A stretch of DNA of 64,000 nucleotides from an uncultured Alphaproteobacteria bacterium. Lineage in GTDB: Bacteria; Pseudomonadota; Alphaproteobacteria; JAGOMX01. Position 1 is the first letter of the stretch. The number at the start of each line of letters is the position of its first letter. Shown in pieces: positions 25,229-34,817 of the stretch. The notes beneath the pieces were generated by a model that was not told the origin of the DNA, did not search any database, and worked only from the letters and a program-made list of their open reading frames with translations. The position numbers were made by a program, and so were the translations under genes. Location of the stretch: positions 6,839 through 70,838 of the forward strand of contig CAWAEF010000015.1 of the NCBI GenBank assembly GCA_963780985.1. Reading direction: 5' to 3'.

Positions 25229-25309
25229 TAAAATTGTTCAGTTAGGACAATTTTTGTTCTAAGCTCATGGGGCTAATTTGGGCAACACGTTTGAAAAGGG
25301 ATATATGAG

Positions 25310-26239
25310 ATGACAACCTATAAATACTGCATCATTGGCCTATTAAGCCTCTTCCTCAACATGTCGGCATTTGGCTCTTTGCCATCAGAAACTATTTTGG
25401 AGCCGCAGCAAAAAAAGGCGCAAGTTGCTGCAGTGGCTGTTCAGCCTAAGAGTCTATTTGATATAGATCTCATACATGGAAAAGGCCACAATCTAGAGAC
25501 AGTTAACACCTATTTAGCTGTGCGCAACAAGGTTAATGAGCTTTTGGAAAGCGGCGTAGACGCCAGTGACATACACGTGTGGACCGATTGGGATGGGGTG
25601 ATTAACGGACCTGGCGCTTGGGAACAGAAGCTGTTCAGTGGAGAGTATGTATGCCCCACGACAAGACGAATGCTCTTAGAACATGAAGTGGATCATCGCT
25701 TGCGAGATGAACATGTGCTGGGGACTCATGAATACTTGCGTAATCTTGGGGTTAAGATAACGGTCATCACGGCAAGACCACCGATAGTTGACACGGAATT
25801 AGGGGAATTAGCTTCCTTACCTAATCTCATGGATGTACGTCACCCCGAAGACCAGAGCAAGATACATTATGACGTCATCGCAGCTAGCATCCATACAGTT
25901 CTCTCTCAGATGCCTGACGAAGATATATTAATCAAGGCCGCGGATAAGAAACGTATTATGCAGAACAGGTCTCGTGTCAACCTTACGGGACAGCCAGGAC
26001 TTGACGAGAACTTTGTTATGGAGGTTGATGGCCATAAAATCGTATACCATGACGGGTTCAGCTTTGTGGGGCATGATAAGGGGCCTGCTCTGATTGCTCT
26101 GAAACAGAAGCTAAGGTTGCAGGCTAAGCACCATGTGATTATCGACGATAGTCCGCGAGCGCTAAAATCCTACATAAAGGTATTGGACCTTATTGAAGGC
26201 AAGGTGCATATGCTGCATTTCCCTGTGCCTGGGCAATAG
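25310..26239 (+). CDS. Secreted HAD-superfamily hydrolase-like protein
   Basis: Signal peptide MTTYKYCIIGLLSLFLNMSAFGS. HAD motif I TDWDGVI, motif II VITAR, motif IV VIIDDS. Confidence 0.5.
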   Translation: MTTYKYCIIGLLSLFLNMSAFGSLPSETILEPQQKKAQVAAVAVQPKSLFDIDLIHGKGHNLETVNTYLAVRNKVNELLESGVDASDIHVWTDWDGVINGPGAWEQKLFSGEYVCPTTRRMLLEHEVDHRLRDEHVLGTHEYLRNLGVKITVITARPPIVDTELGELASLPNLMDVRHPEDQSKIHYDVIAASIHTVLSQMPDEDILIKAADKKRIMQNRSRVNLTGQPGLDENFVMEVDGHKIVYHDGFSFVGHDKGPALIALKQKLRLQAKHHVIIDDSPRALKSYIKVLDLIEGKVHMLHFPVPGQ

Positions 26240-26380
26240 ATAATACTCCGTCATGGCAATGCCTTGGGCTTCATGAGGCATTGCCAGGCGGTCTTACTGA
26301 GAGGAATGAATTTGATAAATTAATCCTTTTTTCATAACAAGCAAGTTATCCTTTAAGTAAGGATAAAAAAAAGGTGCGTC

Positions 26381-26971
26381 TTGGATCGAATAAAATCCGT
26401 CTGTGTCTATTGCGGTTCTTCGAGCTCAGTTGATGGGGTCTATAAAGAGGCTGCTCGACATATGGGTGAAATCTTTGTCAGAAATGACGTCCGTCTTGTA
26501 TATGGTGGTGGCGATGTCGGTCTTATGGGGATTATTGCTGACAGTGTTATGAATAACGGCGGCAAGGTTACCGGTTATATTCCCCAGTATCTAAACGAAT
26601 TTGAGAAGGCTCACACCGGCATCAGCGAGTTGTTTATTGTGGATTCCATGCATGAGCGTAAGCGCTTGATGTTTGAGCGGTCTGATGCCTTTGTAATCTT
26701 ACCTGGTGGTTTTGGTACTTTGGACGAGATCTGTGAAATTATTACCTGGCGGCAGCTCCGCCTGCATTCTAAGCCCATTGTATTTGTGGATATCAATAAA
26801 TACTGGTCGGCGCTTTTTGAGACTTTCGTTGATCATATGATAGCGGAAAAATTTGTGCGTCCTGAACATAAGAAATTTTACAAGGTCATCGAGAATCTTG
26901 ATGAAGTTCTGCCTTCCCTAGTAAGTCAACTGGGCGGTGACGTCCCCGATCGAGTATCTCGCTTACTCTAA
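26381..26971 (+). CDS. LOG-family (TIGR00730) nucleotide phosphoribohydrolase
   Basis: VYGGG and PGGFGTLDE motifs. TTG start. Confidence 0.9.
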   Translation: MDRIKSVCVYCGSSSSVDGVYKEAARHMGEIFVRNDVRLVYGGGDVGLMGIIADSVMNNGGKVTGYIPQYLNEFEKAHTGISELFIVDSMHERKRLMFERSDAFVILPGGFGTLDEICEIITWRQLRLHSKPIVFVDINKYWSALFETFVDHMIAEKFVRPEHKKFYKVIENLDEVLPSLVSQLGGDVPDRVSRLL

Positions 26972-27079
26972 TGTCCACAGTCTGAATAGTAATGTCTAAA
27001 AATGCGTTTGATATACGAAAAACGTTGACGAATATCGTTTCTGGGCATAGATCTATCTCTATCGAGTAATCATAACGAA

Positions 27080-29134
27080 GTGAAGCGACCTGTGAATAGT
27101 TTAACAACCAATAGTCTTTTCCATTTGAAATCTAGCTTCGAGCCAGCGGGTGATCAGCCCACTGCTATAGCCGAACTGGTTGAGGGCCTGCAAAAAGGTG
27201 AGAAGAACCAGGTATTGTTGGGCGTGACTGGCTCTGGTAAGACTTTTACGATGGCTCATGTGATTCAACAGATGGGACGTCCCGCGCTCATTCTGGCTCC
27301 CAATAAGACTTTGGCGGCTCAGCTTTATGGAGAGATGCTGGAGTTTTTTCCTGACAATGCCGTAGAGTATTTCGTTTCCTATTACGATTATTACCAACCT
27401 GAAGCTTATGTGGCGCGTACCGATACCTATATCGAAAAAGAAGCGACCATTAATGAGCAAATCAACCGTATGCGGCACTCTGCAACCCGTTCATTGTTGG
27501 AGCGACGGGACGTGATTATCGTGGCATCGGTTTCTTGTATCTACGGTATTGGTGATGTGGAAGCCTATGGAAACATGATTATTCCCATTAAGGTGGGCGA
27601 TAGGATAGATCTGCAAAAACTATTGCCCCAGCTTGTTGAGCTGCAATATAAACGCAATGACATGGACTTTGCCCGAGGCACTTTCCGAGTACGGGGAGAT
27701 ACCCTGGAGTTGTTTCCTGCGCACTTAGAAGACCGGGCCTGGCGACTGTCTTTCTTTGGTGAGGAACTGGAGGCCATCCACGAGATTGACCCCTTGACCG
27801 GCGAGAAAGTGCGCAGCCTGGATGAGGTAAAAGTCTTTGCTAACAGCCACTATGTGACGCCCAAGCCCACTATAGAGCAGGCTATTAAGGCCATTCAGGT
27901 GGAGCTCAAGGAACGGCTGGCTGATCTTGAGAGTCAGCATTTGCTTGTGGAAGCGCAAAGGCTGCGGCAGCGGGTGACTTTTGACCTGGAGATGCTGCAG
28001 GCGACTGGCATGTGCCAGGGCATTGAGAACTATTCCCGTTATCTGACGGGCCGTCAGCCAGGGGAGGCTCCGCCGACACTGTTTGAGTATTTGCCGAAAG
28101 ATGCCCTCCTGTTTGTGGATGAGAGCCACGTGGCGGTTCCTCAGCTGGGTGCCATGTACAAGGGAGACCGGGTCCGCAAAGAAACACTAGCGGAATATGG
28201 ATTTCGCCTGCCATCCTGTAAAGACAATCGCCCGTTGAAATTTGAAGAGTGGGATGCGCTGCGGCCCCAATCTATTTTCGTATCCGCAACACCTGGGCCA
28301 TGGGAGCTCAACTTGACCCACGGCGTGTTTGCGGAACAGCTTATTCGTCCGACGGGATTGATCGATCCCGTATGTATTGTGAGACCCACCAAGCATCAAG
28401 TGGATGACTTGATATACGAATGCCAACAGGTCGCAGCCCGGGGACAACGGGTGCTGGTGACCACACTTACCAAGCGCATGGCCGAAGCCCTGACCGAATA
28501 CCTGACAGAAGCGGGATTGCGTACTCAGTACATCCATTCCGATGTGGATACCTTGGAGCGCATCGAGATTATCCGGGATCTTCGCAGGGGTATTTATGAT
28601 GTATTGGTGGGTATTAACCTCCTGCGTGAAGGCTTGGATATCCCTGAGTGTGCTTTGGTTGCTATACTTGATGCGGATAAAGAAGGTTTCTTGCGTGCCA
28701 AAACTTCTCTGATCCAAACTATAGGCCGCGCCGCTCGTAACGTGGATGGGCGAGCCATTCTTTATGGCGATAAGATGACCGATTCTATGATGGCAGCAAT
28801 CGGTGAGACAAACCGCAGGCGCGAGAAGCAACAAGCCTATAATGCCCTGCATGGCATCACGCCTGAAACTATCCGGAAGTCTATTGGGGATATTTTATCA
28901 AGTGTGTATGAGAAAGACCACACGACCTTTGAGATTGAAGGTGAGCCCCATCTGGTGGGTAAAAATCTGGAGACCTATAAAAAAGATCTGGAGAAGAGAA
29001 TGCTAGAGGCTGCTTCAAATCTAGAATTTGAGGAAGCGGCCCGTCTTCGGGATGAACTCCATCGCTTGGAAACGGCGGACCTGGGATTGACTTTTCGACG
29101 GACAACAGGGAAAACGAAGTATAAAAGGAAGTGA
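27080..29134 (+). CDS. uvrB: Excinuclease ABC subunit B
   Basis: [12 protein letters not shown], beta-hairpin region, and a C-terminal UVR motif (EEAARLRDE). Confidence 0.97.
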   Translation: MKRPVNSLTTNSLFHLKSSFEPAGDQPTAIAELVEGLQKGEKNQVLLGVTGSGKTFTMAHVIQQMGRPALILAPNKTLAAQLYGEMLEFFPDNAVEYFVSYYDYYQPEAYVARTDTYIEKEATINEQINRMRHSATRSLLERRDVIIVASVSCIYGIGDVEAYGNMIIPIKVGDRIDLQKLLPQLVELQYKRNDMDFARGTFRVRGDTLELFPAHLEDRAWRLSFFGEELEAIHEIDPLTGEKVRSLDEVKVFANSHYVTPKPTIEQAIKAIQVELKERLADLESQHLLVEAQRLRQRVTFDLEMLQATGMCQGIENYSRYLTGRQPGEAPPTLFEYLPKDALLFVDESHVAVPQLGAMYKGDRVRKETLAEYGFRLPSCKDNRPLKFEEWDALRPQSIFVSATPGPWELNLTHGVFAEQLIRPTGLIDPVCIVRPTKHQVDDLIYECQQVAARGQRVLVTTLTKRMAEALTEYLTEAGLRTQYIHSDVDTLERIEIIRDLRRGIYDVLVGINLLREGLDIPECALVAILDADKEGFLRAKTSLIQTIGRAARNVDGRAILYGDKMTDSMMAAIGETNRRREKQQAYNALHGITPETIRKSIGDILSSVYEKDHTTFEIEGEPHLVGKNLETYKKDLEKRMLEAASNLEFEEAARLRDELHRLETADLGLTFRRTTGKTKYKRK

Positions 29135-29258
29135 AGTTTTGTTTAATGAGAGTCACAATCTAAGTGAAGTGCAACTAAAATGCAACTAAAGCTTGCCTTG
29201 TTAGATTTTGCGTCGTAAGCTGCTTATTATAACAGCAATAAAAAACGGCGAGGTAGTC

Positions 29259-30494
29259 ATGAAAAATAACAATAACATGCTCAAAACATTTGTATATCTG
29301 GGTTCTTCTGCTTTCATTCTTCTTTCAACAGACGCGATGTCCGCGGGTTTAAATGCCCTAACGGTCGGTGCCAAACAGGGCGGTGTAGGTGGAGCCGGTA
29401 TTGCCGTTTCCTTCGATCCGACCAGTGGTAGCTCAAATCCGGCAACTATTGCTCGTCTTGATAATGAGATTTCGATTCAACCTGGTCTGGGCCATCTGCC
29501 CCAGAAATCTGATTCTACCAATGCATTTCTGACGGGTCCATTTCTCTTTCTGCGTCATACAAAGCCCATACATGGCCATACAAAAGTGACGCCGGCTCTT
29601 TTTGGCGGAGTAGTGTTAAAAGTCAATGATCAATTTACCTTTGGGATCAGCCTTAACGGCAACGTCAACCTGGTGAATTATAAGACAGCCATCAGTACAC
29701 CTGTTGCAGCTGTTGCAACCGCTCCAAGCTATGCGCATTCAGCGATTGCCTTATTAAATAATACCATAGCCTACAAATATTCCCCGACCCTCAGTTTTGG
29801 TGCCTCAGTGATCCTCGGATGGCAGACTTTCAAAGCAAATCCGACGCTTTTCCCGTCCACTGTTCTTTCAAAGGGAGCTAACGAACGGGATGAATCATGT
29901 GGTGTTGGTGGCCGAGTGGGCGTACAGTGGGATCCCCATGAGATGGTTGGTCTAGGGCTTGCTGTAACGACTCCCATAGCCTTCGGAGATCTTACCAAGT
30001 ACAGTGATTACCTTGAAAAGAATACGAAATATCCTTGGGTAATCGCCGGTGGCTCCATCTTCCATGTGAACAAGCAGACTGACGTTCTTTTTGATATTAT
30101 CGGTGAATTCTGGGGTAGCAGCTCAAACTTCCGCTACAAGCCCCTCAAGTCCGCTGGTTGGAAAAACACCGTTGAATTTAAGCTCGGTTTGCAATACAGG
30201 GTAATGGAAAACTTGCCTCTGCGTATTGGCTATAGGTATGCTCCAACCGTTGTTCCAAAAAATCAAATTTTGTTCAACTCATTCTTTTCAGCTGCAATCT
30301 TTGCTGAGCATGGGGTGACCGCTGGCTTCTCCTATAAATTTGAGAAGAGTTTCGAAGTCGATTTTGCTTTTATTCACCGCTTCAAGAAGTCCTTTACCGA
30401 TCCGGGAACAGGTACGGCTGGTTTAGCGGCTAAAAATCTAAAGTTGTCTGGTCAAGAGTATGCGTTCTTGCTTGGTCTCAACTACAAGTACTAA
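29259..30494 (+). CDS. Outer-membrane beta-barrel protein, FadL/OmpP1-like
   Basis: Signal peptide ..LLSTDAMSA, alternating beta-strand pattern, C-terminal ..GLNYKY. The family call is tentative. Confidence 0.6.
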   Translation: MKNNNNMLKTFVYLGSSAFILLSTDAMSAGLNALTVGAKQGGVGGAGIAVSFDPTSGSSNPATIARLDNEISIQPGLGHLPQKSDSTNAFLTGPFLFLRHTKPIHGHTKVTPALFGGVVLKVNDQFTFGISLNGNVNLVNYKTAISTPVAAVATAPSYAHSAIALLNNTIAYKYSPTLSFGASVILGWQTFKANPTLFPSTVLSKGANERDESCGVGGRVGVQWDPHEMVGLGLAVTTPIAFGDLTKYSDYLEKNTKYPWVIAGGSIFHVNKQTDVLFDIIGEFWGSSSNFRYKPLKSAGWKNTVEFKLGLQYRVMENLPLRIGYRYAPTVVPKNQILFNSFFSAAIFAEHGVTAGFSYKFEKSFEVDFAFIHRFKKSFTDPGTGTAGLAAKNLKLSGQEYAFLLGLNYKY

Positions 30495-30496
30495 TC

Positions 30497-30589
30497 GTAA
30501 CAACTTATCTAGCACGTCATCTACGTGCGAAAGCTTGCGCTCCGGTGCTTGACTTCCGCACGTAGTCAACGCACTACTTGAGTTGTTAA
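30497..30589 (+). repeat. Family B copy B3 (short form)
   Basis: It starts 2 nt after the OMP stop codon and is followed by a canonical terminator. Confidence 0.9.
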
Positions 30590-30602
30590 GTAAGATAAGT
30601 TT

Positions 30603-30632
30603 AAGCCGAGGAAACTGCGCCTCGGCTTTTTT
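30603..30632 (+). terminator. Rho-independent terminator
   Basis: AAGCCGAGG aaactgcg CCTCGGCTT followed by TTTT. Confidence 0.85.
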
Positions 30633-30716
30633 ACAAACTTCCATCAAATCCGCTGATTTGGGATTGACTTTCGGGCGCACATAAGCAGAGAATAGCGGAA
30701 AAACCAGGAGACGCTC

Positions 30717-31256
30717 GTGACGGTAATTCCCTATATCCACGCTTCATGTGTAGAAAAAGATGGCCGAGGTATTTTGTTGAAGGGGCATTCGGGAGCGGGG
30801 AAATCCTCCTTTGCGCTGGCTCTGATTAATCGGGGATTTACCCTTGTGGCCGATGACCAGGTTCTCGCATCTGCCAAAGATGATCGATTGCTGGCGGAGC
30901 CAGCGGATGCCCTCAAGGGTCTATTAGAGGTCCGAGGTGTCGGTCTTCTCCGAATGCGCTATTCACCGTCTTGTCAGATACAGGTCCTGATTGATCTGGT
31001 GCCAGGATTCAGGTCTGAAAGGTTGCCATCTCCAAAAACTCAATTGCTGCATGGACTTCCCATACGATCTTTTCAAATAAATCCCATGGATCCCAGAAGC
31101 ATAGAAAAAGTCCTGGTGTTGTTTCACCCGGACTTTCAAGGTTTCTATGAGTCAGAATCCGGAAATCAGATTTTAGAATCCAGAATCCAGAATCTAGAAT
31201 CCAGATCAGAATCCAGATCAGAATCCAGATTCCGTATTCTGGATTCTGGATTCTAG
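30717..31256 (+). CDS. hprK: Truncated HPr kinase/phosphorylase (C-terminal domain only, alphaproteobacterial type)
   Basis: P-loop GHSGAGKSS and LEVRGVG. The last ~36 codons are read through repeat C2. Confidence 0.8.
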   Translation: MTVIPYIHASCVEKDGRGILLKGHSGAGKSSFALALINRGFTLVADDQVLASAKDDRLLAEPADALKGLLEVRGVGLLRMRYSPSCQIQVLIDLVPGFRSERLPSPKTQLLHGLPIRSFQINPMDPRSIEKVLVLFHPDFQGFYESESGNQILESRIQNLESRSESRSESRFRILDSGF

Positions 31257-31270
31257 ACTCTGGATTCTGT
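31149..31270. repeat. Heptad-repeat hairpin family C, copy C2
   Basis: Tandem GAATCCA units face ATTCTGG units. It occupies the whole hprK/flgH convergent gap and the hprK 3-prime end. Confidence 0.9.
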
Positions 31271-32017
31271 TTAGAACGGCGATACTATATCCAGTATCTG
31301 CTGACCCCATGGGGCTTGCTGGATGTCGCTGAGCTGGCCACGGCCGCCGTAGGCAATTCTTGCCTCAGCTATTTTTTCATAAGAGATCGTGTTCTCTGCC
31401 AAAATGTCTTGTGGCCTTACTACGCCCGTGATCAGCATCTCTCTTACCTCGTTGTTCACCCGGATTTCTTGCCGTCCAACTATAACCAAATTACCATTAG
31501 GTAGAACTTGGGTGACGGTTGCAGCGAGTTTGAGGTCTAATGATTCTTCTCTTTTAATGGCACCTGTTGCTGTATAAGTTGGGTTGCTATCAAAGTTGAT
31601 AAGGTTCTTAGGATCCACCGCCTTGGGAAAGATCTTTGACAGCTTTGATTCATAGCCGAGTAAATTTGGGGCATCGATATGCTCAGTGGTTTGCCGTGTT
31701 GTGTCGGTTTCATTTTTCCAGTCGGCTTTTTCTTTAAACTTGATGAGAATAGTCAGAATGTCGCCCACATCTTGAGCGCGTTGATCCTTAAAGAATGAAC
31801 GGGCTCCTGTTCTCCACAATGAATTTTCTGCTTGCTCCTCGACCATGGGCCTTGGCATGGGCATCGTGACTTTATTGTATTCCTCACTGGACTCAGGGTT
31901 ACGTATCTGCGTTAATTGAGGCACTTGTCCCACTTGACCCAGTCTTTCTAGGCCACTACAGCCACTCAAAGCTAGGAAGGTCAGGGCTAATAAAGGTATG
32001 GATAAAATTCTGAGCAT
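31271..32017 (-). CDS. flgH: Flagellar L-ring lipoprotein FlgH
   Basis: Lipobox LSGCSG and the conserved FlgH core (GDILTILI.., ITGVVRP.DI). Confidence 0.95.
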   Translation of the reverse strand: MLRILSIPLLALTFLALSGCSGLERLGQVGQVPQLTQIRNPESSEEYNKVTMPMPRPMVEEQAENSLWRTGARSFFKDQRAQDVGDILTILIKFKEKADWKNETDTTRQTTEHIDAPNLLGYESKLSKIFPKAVDPKNLINFDSNPTYTATGAIKREESLDLKLAATVTQVLPNGNLVIVGRQEIRVNNEVREMLITGVVRPQDILAENTISYEKIAEARIAYGGRGQLSDIQQAPWGQQILDIVSPF

Positions 32018-32020
32018 CTT

Positions 32021-32977
32021 TTACTCCGTAGCCGTTACAGTGTTCATTTGGGGAATATCAACTCGCACTTTTTGGGGACCGATGACGGTCGCATGTAGGA
32101 TGCGCTGGGAATCCACATTCATCACCTTAACATAGGCATCCTTGCCACCATTTTCTAGGGCCTTACCTTTGGCGGTTATGCTTATATAAGGGGATGCTGC
32201 TACGATGCTGACCGCCTGATTACGAAGAACCAAGTTGGGGATACTGACATCATGTTTGTTCAGGGGGCGGTTGGGCATCAGATCTTGACGATTACTGGAC
32301 GCACCCACAAGACTTGTCTCATCCATTATGGTGGCCTGATTGACTTGCGAGCTCAGCACGGTCTGCCATTCGACGTCTTCCGGTTGAATCGTCTCTCCCC
32401 GATGCACAGTCCGGGTTAATACGGGAACGGAAGTGAGAGCAAGGATGCGGCCATTCACCTTCGTGCGGCTAAGCTCTTTGCTGTCATGTTGAAGTACCAC
32501 CGTTGCTGTAAATCTGGTTTGCTGGGAATTAACATCCGCATTTGTAACTAACATGTCTCCAACTTTTCCTTTAGGGAAATGCAGTTTGATGTCGCCATTG
32601 TCTAGTTTTATAGAGAATGAATCGTTCTTTAAGATTTGAACAAGGTGATCTTGAAGAGCGTGTTCCACATCCTCAACCGGTATTACTTCGCTGGCGCCAA
32701 TGACTTTTATGACCTCAAATTTGCTTTGAGGTGTATAGGGAATCCCATATTTATGGGCTACCGCAGACAGCCATTGTTGATTGAGCGTGATGGAACTTCC
32801 TGGCTGAGGTGTAAGGATTACCTTCGTTGTCGCCAACTTCTCCGGGACATCAGGAAACAAGTCCGCCAAGGTTACGTAAGAGGTCTCGATCGTGATGGCA
32901 TTGGACTGGGGTGCCGTCGCGAAAACAGTGCTGCTCATAAACGTTACGAGGAGAAGTCTAGTTAAGTATTTCATCAT
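32021..32977 (-). CDS. flgA: Flagellar P-ring assembly chaperone FlgA
   Basis: Signal peptide, C-terminal SAF-like region (AKGKALENGGKDAYVKVMN..S.R), and position between flgG and flgH. Confidence 0.8.
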   Translation of the reverse strand: MMKYLTRLLLVTFMSSTVFATAPQSNAITIETSYVTLADLFPDVPEKLATTKVILTPQPGSSITLNQQWLSAVAHKYGIPYTPQSKFEVIKVIGASEVIPVEDVEHALQDHLVQILKNDSFSIKLDNGDIKLHFPKGKVGDMLVTNADVNSQQTRFTATVVLQHDSKELSRTKVNGRILALTSVPVLTRTVHRGETIQPEDVEWQTVLSSQVNQATIMDETSLVGASSNRQDLMPNRPLNKHDVSIPNLVLRNQAVSIVAASPYISITAKGKALENGGKDAYVKVMNVDSQRILHATVIGPQKVRVDIPQMNTVTATE

Positions 32978-33772
32978 TTATCTCATCAGTGCTTGTAGGT
33001 TTTGGTCCATCTGCTCGACTGCCGTCATGGATTTCGTATTCATGGAATATGCCCGCTGAGCTTGAATAAGGGCGGTGAGCTCATTTACAGGTTTGATGTT
33101 AGAGCTCTCCAAAGTATACTGTCTAACGCTACCAAACCCTAAAGCGCCAGCTACTCCTGTTGTTGGTGCGCCTGAAGCAGCTGTTTCTTTGGATATGCCG
33201 GCGGGAATTGGTTCAAGACCTGTAGGGTTTGGAAATGTATCAATCTCGAATTGCCCCACCAAAGTAGGTGCAACCTGATTTTGAATGTTCGCATATACCT
33301 GGCCTTCAGCGTTTATGTCAATGTTAACCGTATTGACGGGTATGGTTAATGTTGGTTTTACTTCATAACCATCCATGGTCACAATTTGTCGATTCGCGTT
33401 CAGCGTAAATCTGCCGTCACGGGTATAGCCTGTATCTCCGCTTGGCAAGGTCACCGCAAAATATCCTTCTCCTTGAATCATAACATCCAGGGGGCTGTCG
33501 GTTGCTTCCGGATCGCCTTGAGCCATAACGCGTACGATACCTGCAACGCCCACACCCATACCCACGTATGTGCCGGTATTGTTGGTCGTTCCTTCAGCAG
33601 ATGTGGGCGAGCCTATGCCCTGGTAGACTTGATAGCCACGGTCTTTGGCTACGGCAATGCTAGATTTTTCTGCCGTGACGTTCATCTTGGCGATGTTGTC
33701 AGCGATCACGCGTACGTTGAGCTCCTGAAAAGCTAAACCGCTTGCTGCTGCTGTTAAGGCTCCGATTGGCAT
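32978..33772 (-). CDS. flgG: Flagellar distal rod protein FlgG
   Basis: C-terminal LESSNIKPVNELTALIQAQRAYSMNTK motif. About 264 aa. Confidence 0.9.
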   Translation of the reverse strand: MPIGALTAAASGLAFQELNVRVIADNIAKMNVTAEKSSIAVAKDRGYQVYQGIGSPTSAEGTTNNTGTYVGMGVGVAGIVRVMAQGDPEATDSPLDVMIQGEGYFAVTLPSGDTGYTRDGRFTLNANRQIVTMDGYEVKPTLTIPVNTVNIDINAEGQVYANIQNQVAPTLVGQFEIDTFPNPTGLEPIPAGISKETAASGAPTTGVAGALGFGSVRQYTLESSNIKPVNELTALIQAQRAYSMNTKSMTAVEQMDQNLQALMR

Positions 33773-33784
33773 AACAAGTTCTCC

Positions 33785-34543
33785 CTATACTTTCAATGGC
33801 TGCAGCAAGCTTTCGATTTGCTGTCCAGATTGTTCTCTATAAGTATTGATGACATGGGTATCTTGAGTATCCTGTCTTTGCAGATCAATTAATTGCGCCA
33901 TGGCTAGTACGGCGCTTACATTTGAGCCCTCAACACCACCTTGCAGAATTTGATAGTCGGTGGCAGGTGTGGGATCGGTGCTGGATTTCATCAGCGTGTC
34001 TTTTGTTTTTGTCAGGCTTTGTGAATCGGCAAATTTAAATACGCCAATTGTTGCAAGCACCTGCCCGTTTGCTGAGACGGTACCGTCCTCGGCGATCGAA
34101 ATATTATTCATTCCGGCAGGTATGACGATGGGGGCGAAGTTCGCATCGGTAACAGGGAGCCGAGAAGTGGTTTGTATAAGTTGTCTGTCTTGATTGAGCT
34201 CCAAGTGTCCATTGCGCGTAAACTGTTTTTCATTATTGGCACCTTGTACCGCAAGGTAAACATCGGGTGTTCCAATAGCGATGTCTAAAGCGTTGCCTGT
34301 GGCTTGAAACTCACCGGCGCTTACGTCTCGATGATTCTTGTTGTTTACCGCAAAGGAAAGAGCAGACATAAAATTTTTGCTCGGCTGGTATTCCGTGACG
34401 ATCGCCTTCTCCCCTTGGTAACCAACCGTAGAGACGTTGGCAATGTTGTGCGTTACAGTTTGTAGGTTGCGCCGGTTTGTCAGCATGTGTTGAGCTGCAA
34501 GTATGGCTGGGCTGTCAACAATAGGCATGTCTTTTTCCTCCAA
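33785..34543 (-). CDS. flgF: Flagellar proximal rod protein FlgF
   Basis: N-terminal HNIANVSTVGYQ and C-terminal EGSNVS..LIDLQR motifs. Confidence 0.9.
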   Translation of the reverse strand: MEEKDMPIVDSPAILAAQHMLTNRRNLQTVTHNIANVSTVGYQGEKAIVTEYQPSKNFMSALSFAVNNKNHRDVSAGEFQATGNALDIAIGTPDVYLAVQGANNEKQFTRNGHLELNQDRQLIQTTSRLPVTDANFAPIVIPAGMNNISIAEDGTVSANGQVLATIGVFKFADSQSLTKTKDTLMKSSTDPTPATDYQILQGGVEGSNVSAVLAMAQLIDLQRQDTQDTHVINTYREQSGQQIESLLQPLKV

Positions 34544-34694
34544 TGGATCTTAACCGATACATGCGAAATTGATGCCAACCTTAAAAAAACAAATGAAAAA
34601 CATAGTGATGTAAAATTTGTTCTTAATATGGCAGCGGAATTAAAAATAGATTGATAACGTGAGGCAATCAAATGCTATAATATCCCAAAAGAAT

Positions 34695-34787
34695 GTAACA
34701 ACTCAGATAGCATGTCATCTAAGTGCGAAAGCCTGCTCTCCGGTGCTCGGCTTTCACAGGTAGCTAACGAACTATCTGAGTTGTTAA
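34695..34787 (+). repeat. Family B copy B4 (short form)
   Basis: Lies in the flgF/fliL divergent region and ends 30 nt before the fliL ATG. Confidence 0.9.
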
Positions 34788-34817
34788 GAAAAAGAAGTAT
34801 GTAGATGGGGTAACTCA

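Noticed and set aside
24823-25309. Chromosomal replication origin, suggested by AT-richness, CtrA-like boxes and one near-DnaA box (TTATCAACA at 25024-25032).
   Set aside because: There is only a single one-mismatch DnaA-box-like 9-mer. The usual alphaproteobacterial ori neighbours (hemE, dnaA, parAB) are absent. Flanking genes are accessory. I treated it as a regulatory region instead.
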